Of a DNA stretch of 32,061 bases, positions 22,471 through 32,061 are shown piece after piece. The DNA is taken from NCBI RefSeq assembly GCF_004010195.1, contig NC_057753.1, positions 10,225,326 to 10,257,386 of the forward strand, written 5' to 3'. The notes under the pieces are model-generated. The model saw only the letters and a list, made by a program, of their open reading frames with translations, did no database searches and had not been told where the DNA came from. Made by a program: the position numbers and the translations under genes. Position 1 is the first letter of the stretch; every line of letters begins with the position of its first letter. The DNA comes from Chiloscyllium plagiosum. Lineage: Eukaryota.

Positions 22471-22811
22471 GTGAGGCAGGTTGTGGGACGGAGGGGAAGG
22501 AATGTGTGGCCTGTCTTGTCAAAGTGTTATTTTACACAGACTTTCCATCTGCTTTTACTGGGGTTTGTGCTTTTCACCCTCACTCTGTTTTCAAAAAAAA
22601 TCATTGTGTTTTTTTACTCTTGCTGTTATTTGTGCAACTACTTAGACTAGTGTGTAAATACCAGTGAAGGAGATTATACACCAGCATGTATGTGTTCCTT
22701 GGTCACTGAAGGGCCAGGATCTGCTGAGAATGGTTAGCAAACCATGTGGTGTACTAATTATTGTTAACATGGATATAGTTTGTTATTTGTCAAAGTATAC
22801 TTTTTACTATT

Positions 22812-23100
22812 TAGAGTCACAGATGTACAGCATGGAAACAGACCCTTGGGTCCAATCCGTCTATGCCAACTAGATATCCTAAATTAATCTGGTCCATTTG
22901 TCAGCACTTGGCTCATCTCCCTCTAAACCCTTCTATTCATATACCCATCCAGATGCCTTTTAAATGCTGTAATTGTACCACTTCCTCTGGCAGCTCATTC
23001 CAGACACTCACCCCACCTCACCACGGCCCTTGGGTACCATTTATATCTTTCTGCTCTCACCCTAAACCAATGCCCTCTAGTTCTGAACTTCACCCCTGTA
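22812..23100 (-). mobile_element. CR1 3' end
   Basis: Standard CR1 3' terminus. Confidence 0.78.
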
Positions 23101-23744
23101 CTGCAGAAAAGACAAAGTTGAGCAGCCAGACATAATGCAAAAGCAATAAAATGTCGAGCCACATGGCAAAAAAATATTGTGGCTCTACCCTTTTTTCACT
23201 CCTATTGGCATTTGGACACTTAAGATCTGTTAAAAACACCAGCAGCACCACAGAGCATATTGTGTCTGCTTCTCAGTGCGGACAAGCAGCGCACATGTTT
23301 GCTGATGTCATCAAAACACTGCGCTGTTGGCAGAAAAGGCGACATCGCTTATCTCTGTTCTAAAAGGTCTTCCCTTTACTCTTCAAGCTGTGCCCTCTGG
23401 TCCTAATCTCCCCTACCAATGGAAACTTCTTCCCACCGTCATTGCACTGTGGGGATGAAGTCCTACCCTAACCAGACATTTCTGATGGTGGGTGAGACTA
23501 GGCCTTAATGTTAGGGAATGTAGCTTTTGGACTGAGATGAGGAGGAACTGCTTTTCCCAGAGAGCAGTGAATCTATGGAATTCTCTGCCCAAGGAGGCAG
23601 TAGAGGCAGCTTCATTACGTATATTCAAGACACAGTCGGATGGGTTTTTGCCTGGTAGGGGAATTAAGGGATTACTTGTGACAAGGCAGGGGGGAGGAGC
23701 TGAGACGATGGATAGATCAGCCATGATCTTATTGAATGATGGAG

Positions 23745-23945
23745 CATAGAACATAGACCATAGAACAATACAGCACAGAACAGGCCCTTCGGCCCACGAT
23801 GTTGTGCCGAACTTCTAACCTAGATTAAGTACCCATCCATGTACCTATACAAATGCCGCTTAAAGGTCGCCGATCTGGATCTGACTGCATTTCCTGCAGA
23901 CGAAGTCGGCAGGAGTATCGGTGGTCACCCCTACCTCAAACATCA
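23745..23945 (-). mobile_element. CR1 ORF1 N-terminal zinc-knuckle piece fused to a CR1 3' terminus
   Basis: Minus strand MFEVGVTTDTPADFVCRKCSQIQI (23872-23943), directly followed by a 3' end like that at 31345-31400. Confidence 0.6.
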
Positions 23946-24469
23946 GGCTCACTTGTAGCAACTGGGGTGAATCCAGAGAGGGGCAAGAGAAAGGGTTGGG
24001 GGGAAATCTGTTCACTTGTAGCAACTGTTGTGAATCCAGGGAGGGAGCAGACTTTGCAAACTCAGGTGTGTGTCTTAATTACCCGAGTGAGGGGAGGTGG
24101 AAGGACAGGGTGGGACTGTTTTCCCCATCGTGCCAGAGTCTGACGGGTGACGTAAACTTTTATAAAATCACGAGGGGCATGGATAGGGTAAATAGACATG
24201 GTGTTTTCCTTTGGAAGGGGGAGTCCAGATTAGAGGCTTAGCGTTGAGAATGTGGTGCTAGAAAAGCACAGCAAGTCAGGAAGCTTCGAGGAGCAGGAAA
24301 ACCAATGTTTAGGGCAAAATCCCTTCATCTGCAAAGTGTGTGTGTGTGTGTGTGTGTGGTGCATGCTTGGTAAAGTGTGATTGTGATGGAGTATGAGCCT
24401 GTGAGAGGGTGAGTGTGTTGGGGGGGGGGGTATATGTGTGTGTCTGAGAGAGGTATGGATAAAAGCGAG

Positions 24470-24910
24470 GAGTTGCATTTTGCTAAAATAAAGAAGGGCA
24501 AGATTTGTACAGGTAATGGTAAGGCCCTGGGTTGTGTTGTGGAACAGAGACCTGGGGGTATTCAGGTTCATTGTTCTTGAAAATTACATCACTGGTAGAC
24601 GGGGTAGTGAAGAAGGTGTTAAGCACACTTGCTTTCATTGTTCACACTGTTGAGTATAGGAGTTGAGACATCAAGTTGAGGTTGTACAGGATGTTGATGA
24701 GGCCACTTTTAGAGTACTGAGTACAGTTCTGGTCACCCTGTAATAGGAAGAATACTAGGAGAGAGGATTCAATAAAGATTTACCAGGACGTTGCCACAGG
24801 AGGGTTTGAGTTATAGGGAGAGACTGGAACCTTTTTCATGGGAGCAGAGGGGGTTGAGGGATTATTGAGATTATCATATTGAGATTTGAAAAATCATGAG
24901 GGGTGAGGGT
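24470..24910 (+). mobile_element. CR1 RT C-terminal fragment
   Basis: VVEQRDLG...LYRMLMRPLLEY*VQFWSP. Confidence 0.78.
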
Positions 24911-25629
24911 AAGGAGAATAGCGAGGAGCATGCACGGTTATGTTGAGCCACAGCAGGGGTGAAACAAAATTGTGGCTCTACCCTTTTTTTTTTTCTCCTA
25001 TTGGCATTTGGATGGTTGAATCTGTCAGAAACACCAGCATTTCTACAGAGCCTACTGTCACCAAGCACTGCGAATGTTCGCTGGTGTCAGCAAAAAACCA
25101 TGCATGCTTTTATCTATCCGTAAAAATAGTGCATGAATTTCTTTTGATGTACCAATGAGGATCACTGGAGGACCGGAAGGAGACCCCACTATTGTCTGAA
25201 TGTGGAAGTTGGACCATATGCTTCTGAAGCTGCTGCTGCTCTTGTCTGTCTGAATGAAGCTTAAGATTCACCCAAGACTGTAACTTCCTTTTTCTGTCCA
25301 ACATCTGTGAGTACAGCACCCTCTTTTCTCACTCCTTTTTCTATTTTTTTTTCCATGCTGGGATTCAATTGTTGACTTGCAGCAACTGAAAGGAAAGAGA
25401 ATGAATCCAGAAAGGGGCAGACTCTAGAAAAGCTGGTGCAGGTCTATGTCTCAAACACATGGCAAATGGGGTATCAGTGTGAAGCTATAGCCTTTGCTGT
25501 GAAAAGAAAAGCAGAGAGGAGGTGTACTGCAAAGTGGAGAAAGTGAGGACTGAAAATGCTGGAGATCAGAGTCGAAAAGTGTGGTGCTGGAAAAGCACTG
25601 CAGGTCAGGCAGCATCTGAGGAGCAGGAG

Positions 25630-25665
25630 AGTTGACGTTTCGGGCACGAGCCCTTCATCAGGAAT
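25630..25665 (-). ncRNA. Minimal hammerhead core in a PLE terminus
   Basis: ATTC-CTGATGA-A-GGGC TCGT GCCC-GAAA-C-GTC|AA: core intact, stem I weakened. Confidence 0.5.
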
Positions 25666-27207
25666 GATGTGTGAATGTACAAAGGGACCTCAGCATCCTC
25701 CTACACCAGTCACTGCCAGTTGTCAGACAGGTGCAGCAAGCAATCAGCAAGGCAAGTGGTATATTAGCAAGAGGAATTGAGTTCAGAAGTGGGGATGTCT
25801 TCCTGCAGGTGAATATATTCAAGGCTGAGTTCATCTGATTTTTGAAGAACAGAGAAGTGGATGGTTATTGGGGAAGGCAAGAAAATAGTTTTAAGACCAT
25901 TATAGGCAAGTTAGTCATACAGCACAGAAACAGACCCTTTAGTCCAACTAGTCCATGCTGATTATATTCACAAACTAAACTAGTCCCACCTAGTTTGGCC
26001 CAAATCTCTACGAACCTTTCCTATTCAAGTACTTATCCAAACATCTTTTAAACATTGTTACTGTATCTGCATCTACCACTTCCCCTGGACATTCATTCCA
26101 CACACAAGCCACTCTGCGAAAAAGGTGCTCCTCGTGTCTTTAAAATCGTTCTACTCTCACTTTAAAAGTTTGCTGCTTCATCTAGAAATGACACCTGCCA
26201 TTCACCTCATCTATATCCCTCATAATTTTTTAACCCTCTCTAAGGTCACCTCTCAACCTCCAATGCTCCAGTTAAAAAAGTCCCAGCCTCTGCACCTAGA
26301 TGTAGGGAGATCCATATCCATTTGTGATCTGTTCAATGCTGGTGCAGGCTTGAAAGTCAAAATGGCTGACTCCTGCTCCCAATTCTCACTCTGTGTCCAG
26401 GACAACAAGAAACCATAAGACATAGGAGCAGAAAGTAGGCCATTCAGCCCAATAGGTCTGCTCTTACCATTCAATCGTGGCTGATAAATTTCTGAGCCCC
26501 ATTCTCTTGCTTTCTCCCCCTAACCCTCGATCCCCTTGATATTCAAGAAGCTAGCCATCACAGTCTTAAATATCCTCAGTGACCTGGCCTGCGTAGCCTT
26601 CTGTCCCAGTGAATTCCATAGATTCACCACCCTCCTTATCTCCATTCTAAAAGGTCTTCCCTTTATTCCAAAGCTGTGGGCCTGTTAATCAGCATGAACC
26701 AGACCCTTCAGGGTGATGTGCAGCAGGGATTAGGTTCAGCAAAGTGAGAATGGAGGGAGTGTGTGTGGGATGGATATTTTCACCTTCTAGGGGATAAGAG
26801 GAAAGAGAGTTCACTGTAAATTAGAATTGATTGGATGGGCTGATGGGCCAAGGAGTGGCAGATGGAGTTGAATTTGGCGAAATGTGAGATGTTGCATTTT
26901 GGTCAAGAAATGCAGGTAGGACTTACAAAGGGGGAATGTTGCCGAAGAAAGAGACCTTGGAGTGCAGGTTCATAGTTTCCTTGAAAGTGGAGTCGCAGGT
27001 AGACAGGATAGTGAAGATGATGCTTTCCTCTATTGGTCAGAGCACTGAGTGAAGGAGTTGGGAGGTCATGTTGCGGCTGCACAGGACCTTGGTTCGGCTA
27101 CTTTTGGAATATTGTATGTAATTCTGGTCTCCATCCTATGGAAGGATGCTGTGAAACTTGAAAGTGTTTGGAAAAGGTTTATAAGGCTGGTGCTAGAGTT
27201 GGCGGGT

Positions 27208-28129
27208 TTGAGCGAGAGGGAGAGGGTGAATAGGCTGGGGCTGTTTTCCCTGTAGTGTCAGAGGCTGAGGGGTGACATTATAGAAGTTTATAAGGGTCAT
27301 GCAGAGGGGAGAATAGCCTAGATGTTTTCCTCAGGTAGGGGATTCCAAAACTAGAGGGCAGAGGTTTGCGCTGAGGACAAAGATTTAAAAGGGACCTGAG
27401 GGGCCACTTTTTCACACAGAGTGCTGCACGAATGGAACGAGCTGACAGAGGAAGTGGTGGAGACTGGTACAATTACAAAATTTAAGTAACATCTGGCTGG
27501 ATACATGAATAGGAAGGGTTTTGAGGAATACGGGCCACATGCTGGCAAATGGGAATAGATTAATTTCGGATATATGGTTGGCACGGACAAGTTGGGCCAT
27601 AGGGTCTGTTTCCATGGTGTAGGACTCTAATTGTCTTCGGTGAAAGCAGAAATGTGGTTGTGAAGACTTGAGCGAGAGGGAGAGGCTGAATAGGCTGGGG
27701 CTGTTTTCCCTGTAGTGTCGGAGGCTGAGGGGTGACATTATAGAAGTTTATAAGGGTCATGCAGAGGGGAGAATAGCCTAGATCTTTTCCTCAGGTAGGG
27801 GATTCCAAAACTAGAGGGCAGAGGTTTGAGCTGAGGACAAAGATTTAAAAGGGACCTGAGGGGCCACTTTTTCACACAGAGTGCTGCACAAATGGAACGA
27901 GCTGACAGAGGAAGTGGTGGAGACTGGTACAATTACAAAATTTAAGTAGCATCTGGATGGATACATGAATAGGAAGGGTTTTGAGGAATACGGGCCACAT
28001 GCTGGCAAATGGGAATAGATTAATTTCGGACATGTGTGGTTGGCATGGACAAGTTGGGCCATAGGGTCTGTTTCCATGGTATAGGACTCTAATTGTCTTC
28101 GGTGAAAGCAGAATGTGGTTGTGAAGACT
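27208..28129 (+). repeat. Recent tandem duplication, 2 x ~460 bp
   Basis: 27208-27667 and 27668-28129 are near-identical (CR1 3' end plus unique flank). Confidence 0.95.
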
Positions 28130-28500
28130 GGACTTCTAGAGCAGCTTTCAAAGATGTTTTGCCCTTACTGGGACCGGAACAAGTTACAATGAAATCTTTC
28201 ATTATGAGACAGCAAGCAACAAAGTGAGTACATCCGGGATTTTGATGGAAAGTGGGAATTCGTTGCACTGTGGGGATGAAGCCCTACTCTATCCAGTCAT
28301 TTCTAGGCCTCAAGCTTAGGGGGAGTTGGTTTAGGACAGAGATGAGGAGAAGGAAGTGAGAACTGCTGCTTTTACCAGAGAGTAGTGTATCTGCAGAATT
28401 CTCTGCCCAAGGAAACAGGCTCCAGTATGCCCCGGTCCTAATTCTTCGGCTTGACGTACCTGTGAATGTAAACTTTGAAGTGTTTTGGTTAACTGATGCA

Positions 28501-28766
28501 AATATTTCCCATTTGTCCAATACTATAGTAGCAGCTGCTTCAGTCATTGAGATGGTTTTGATTCATCTACTAAATATACCTACTCTTATTAGACAATATT
28601 CATAACAATGTACGCGAGGTGATTCTATAAAAGAATATTTCCCATTTGTCCAATACTATAGTGGCAGCTGCTTCAGTCATTGGGATGGTTTTGATTCATC
28701 TACTAAATACACCTACTCTTATTAGACAATATTCATAACAATGTACGCGAGGTGATTCTATAAAAG
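28501..28766 (+). repeat. Tandem duplication, 2 x 133 bp
   Basis: 28501-28633 and 28634-28766 differ at about 3 positions. Confidence 0.95.
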
Positions 28767-29197
28767 CAAGTTGTAGATAAGTAAAAAGGCTGACCAGGCA
28801 AGGAGGTGGTTAACAAACACAGGGCATCCTCTTAGAGTATGCATCTTGTTTGTTAACAAATTAAGCACGATTCATATTTTTTCCTAGCTGCTTTCCGAAA
28901 ATCTGTGTGCCACCATGTTTGTAAGTGTGTACAATAATGTACATAATCAACTGAAATAGGCAGCAGCAAAGAATGAACACAGTCTAGCAGGGGGTCACCC
29001 ACATCTTGGTTTGAGTATCGAGGGAGTACCAATGCGGTCATTGTTTGTGCACTTCAGCAGGGGCTTCCCCTGTGACTTCAGTACCATACCCAGGTAAATG
29101 TACATTTAAACCAGACTTCTAAGTGTTAACCTTTCTGCAAACTTCTGTCAGTGTGTCTCTCTGTAACATTCTCCAACTTTCTTCATATCTCAGTTTG

Positions 29198-29405
29198 GAG
29201 AAAGTGAGGGCTGCAGATGCTGGAGATCAGAGCTGAAAAATGTGTTGTTGGAAAAGCGCAGCAGGTCAGGCAGCATCAAAGGAGCAGGAGAATCGACGTT
29301 TTGGGCATAAGCCTGAAGAAGGGCTTATGCCCGAAACATCGATTCTCCTGCTCCTTTGATGCTGGCTGACCTGCTGTGCTTTTCCAGCAACACATTTTTC
29401 AGCTG
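29198..29405. mobile_element. Palindromic mini Penelope-like insertion with a 15 bp TSD
   Basis: Head-to-head PLE termini. TCATATCTCAGTTTG occurs at 29183-29197 and 29406-29420. Confidence 0.88.
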
Positions 29406-29900
29406 TCATATCTCAGTTTGTCAGCTTTTGTTTATTCCTTCCTTCCAAGGTAATGAAGCACACACTTTCCAGAACAGCCAAAGTTAGTGAGTTGAGCCTC
29501 ATAAATCCTGGCTGTGACACATAGCTGCTTATGTAAGTTGTGAGTGTCTCTGCATTAGCCCACAACCCAGGGGAAATACAACAGAGTCTTTTATAGTTGC
29601 CCAATGTGTCCTGTATGCCAAATTCATCCAAGTCTGGATATCCTGAAGCGAGCAATTATACTTCGGATTTCTACTACCCAATTAAAAGTAATGCTGGGCA
29701 TTCGATCAGATCGGGGGATGTTTTTCAAATAAATAATTAAATATTCCCTACAGTGTGGAAACATGCCCTTTGGCTCAACAAGTCCACACCGACCCTTCGA
29801 CGAGCAACCCACCCAGACCCATTCCCCGACATTCACCCCTGACTAATGCACCTAACACTATGGGGCGATTTAGCATGGCCAATTCACCTGACCTGCATAT

Positions 29901-31085
29901 GGAGATGCCGGTGTTGGACTGGGGTGTACAAAGTTAAAAATCACACAATGCCAGGTTATAGTCCAACAGGTTTAATTAGAAGCACACTAGCTTTCGGAGC
30001 AACGCTCCATCAGGTGATAGTGGAGGGCTCAATCCTAACACAGAATTTATAACAAAAATTTACAATGTGATGTAACTGAAATTATACATTCAAAAATTGA
30101 TTGTCTGTTAAGCCTTTCATCTGTTAGAATACAGTGATAGTTTCACTTCTTTCATGTGTAAATCACAAAACCTTTTTTAAAAAGTTGCATTCTCGGGTTA
30201 GCTGTTAACAATGGTGATAGCGAGACAATATGTTGAAGGAGTTGGCCCCCTGTGTTCTGTCTATGCCATGATGTTTAGATTGATTCTAATCTAAAAAGTG
30301 AGATAATGGAAATTTACATAAATTCATGCAGTTTTTGAGCTCAGAGTTCTACATGAATGTATGCAGTTTTTGAGCAAAGTACAATGTAACTCTGCAAGTA
30401 CAAATTCATCACACAAAATATGTGTGCATGTGGGTCTTTGTCTGTCTGTGTGTGTGTGTATTTGTTTGTTTGGGTTGGCGGTTGTGAGTGTGAGAAAGTG
30501 TATGTGTTTGTAGTGAGTGCAGAGTGTTGTGTGTGAGATGTGTGTATGTGTGTGATGTAATGGTGATCACCTGTACTGTGACATGAACCCAAGGTCCCGG
30601 TTGGGGCCCTCCCTATGGGTACCGAACTTAGCTATCGGCCTCTGCTCAGCCACTTTTCTCTGCTGCCTGTCCCGCATTCCACCTTGGAGGATGGTCACAT
30701 ACACACGGACACACATAAACACAGATGTGCACACAGACACCCATAGACACACTCCCCCACACTCACATGCACCCCCTCACAGACTTAAGACACTCTGCAC
30801 ACACATACACTTTCTCACACTCACAACCCCCAACCCAAAAGGTTTTGTGATTTACACATGAAAGAAGTGAAACTTTCACTGTATTCTAACAGATGAAAGG
30901 CTTAACAGACAATCAATTTTTCAATGTATAATTTCAGTTACATCACACTGCAAACTTTTGCTATAAAGTCTGTGTTAGGATCGAGCCCCCCGCTATCACC
31001 TGATGAAGGAGCGTCGCTCCGAAAGCTAGTGTGTTTCCAATTAAACCTGTTGGACTACAACCTGGTGTTGTGTGATTTTTAACTT
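29901..31085 (-). mobile_element. Penelope-like element with inverted terminal duplication
   Basis: GIY-YIG C-terminus ILQGGMRDRQQRKVAEQRPIAKFGTHREGPNRDLGFMSQY (30570-30700). 29927-30176 is the reverse complement of 30837-31088. Confidence 0.85.
30997..31031 (+). ncRNA. Minimal type I hammerhead ribozyme, intact core
   Basis: CAC-CTGATGA-A-GGAGC GTC GCTCC-GAAA-GC-TA|GTG: stem I CAC/GTG, 5 bp stem II, palindromic AGCT stem III. Confidence 0.75.
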
Positions 31086-31344
31086 TGCACATCTTTGGAC
31101 TGTGGGAGGAAATCGGAGCACCCGGATGAAACCCACGCAGACACGGGGAGAATTGCAAACTCCACACAGACAGTCACCCGAGGCGGGAATTGAACCCAAA
31201 TCACTCCAAAGGTTACTGCTTCCAAAGAAGCTTGTTGGACTACAACCTGGAGTTGTGTGATTTTAAACTTTGTCCAGGTTAAAGTGGATTTCCTATGCTA
31301 AATTACCCATAGTGCCCAGGGATGTGCAGATGAGGGTGGATTAG

Positions 31345-32061
31345 TACATAGAACAGTACAGCACAGAACAGGCCCTTCAGCCCACGATGTTGTGCCGACC
31401 ACTGATCCTCATGTATGCACCCTCAAATTTCTGTGACCATATGTATGTCGAGGAGTCTCTTAAATTCCCCAATGACCCTGCCTCCACAACTGCTGCTGGC
31501 AACGCCTTCCATGTTCTCACAACTCTGTGTAAAGAACCCGCCTCTGACATCCCCGCTATATTTTCCTCCAACCAGCTTAAAACTATGACCTCTCGTGTTA
31601 GTCATTTCTGCCCTGGGAAATAGTCTCTGGATATCGACCCTATCTATGCCTTGTATACTTCAATTAGGTCCCCTCTTCTCCTTTTCTCCAATGAAATAAG
31701 TCCGAGCTCAGTCAACCTCTCCTTATAAGATAAGCCCTCCAGTCCAGGCAGCATCCTGGTAAACCTCCTCTGAACCCGGTCCAAAGCATCCACATCTTTC
31801 TTATAATAGGGCCACCAGAACTGGATGCAGTATTCCAAGTGTGGTCTAACCAAAGTTTTATAGAGCTGCAACAAGATCTCACAGCTCTTAAACTCAATAC
31901 CCCTGTTAATGAAAGCCAAAACACCATATGCTTTCTTAACAACCCTGTCCACTTGGGTGGCCATTTTAAGGGATCTATGTACCTGCACCCCAAGATCCCT
32001 CTGTTCCTCCACACTACCAAGAATCCTATCCTTAATCCTGTACTCAGCTTTCAAATTTGAC
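31345..32061 (-). mobile_element. Young CR1 LINE, RT C-terminus and 3' end
   Basis: ORF 31644..32054 EQRDLGVQVHRSLK...LYKTLVRPHLEYCIQFW...RRGDLIEVYK, then TRGHSFKL...RVVRTW. Confidence 0.92.

Larger units (their letters stand above)
24940..28172 (+). repeat. Segmental duplication unit B of the ZF cassette (truncated before the ZF exon)
   Basis: Colinear with 14070-17946 but lacks three TE insertions present in unit A. Confidence 0.88.
28420..29730 (-). mobile_element. Endogenous retrovirus relic (integrase; possible gag/leader upstream)
   Basis: Across frames: EAPAEVHKQ*...TKMWVTP...LLP..VDYVHYCTH..TWWHTDFRKAARKKYESCLIC (HHCC); GQPF.YLQLAFIESPRVHCYEYCLIRVGVFSR*IKTIP (rve start); YLHQLTKTLQSLHSQVRQA (C-terminal helix). 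Confidence 0.75.
29735..31200 (-). mobile_element. HE1-type SINE split by a PLE insertion
   Basis: SINE 3' half at 29735-29900 and 5' half at 31086-31200. Junctions TGCATAT / TGCACAT look like a TSD. Confidence 0.85.

Noticed and set aside
22347..22667. 106 aa GC-rich ORF and the opposite-strand ORF 22250..22522
   Set aside because: Shadow frames of the QSOX pseudo-exon.
22664..22873. Apparently conserved peptide shared with 20021..20242
   Set aside because: The similarity reflects a recent nucleotide duplication and runs into CR1 sequence; there is no evidence of coding constraint.

Overview
Eukaryotic, repeat-saturated DNA from a cartilaginous fish, probably a shark (inferred from HE1-type V-SINEs, esterase-ORF1 CR1 LINEs, Penelope-like elements and shark-style short C2H2 zinc-finger genes). 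There are three assembly gaps (7580-8155, 13192-13241, 20588-21003). No intact host gene is evident. The window looks like part of a rearranged C2H2 zinc-finger/tRNA cluster. A multi-kb cassette (CCAAT/ETS promoter-like first exon, TE-filled intron, ZF terminal exon) occurs as several direct and inverted partial copies, with one nearly intact 3-finger ZF gene (19181-19479, one frameshift). Non-obvious items: (1) a decayed, unprocessed copy of exon 1 of a QSOX2-like sulfhydryl oxidase gene, shuffled into the ZF cassette in two reciprocal ways; (2) a broken endogenous-retrovirus integrase relic (28.4-29.7 kb, minus strand); (3) minimal type I hammerhead ribozyme cores in Penelope-like termini, plus palindromic mini-PLEs with 15-17 bp target-site duplications; (4) a tRNA-Asp-derived gene whose anticodon reads GTG; (5) several recent tandem duplications and template-switch hairpins. 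All family assignments come from reading the sequence and recalled motifs, not from database searches.
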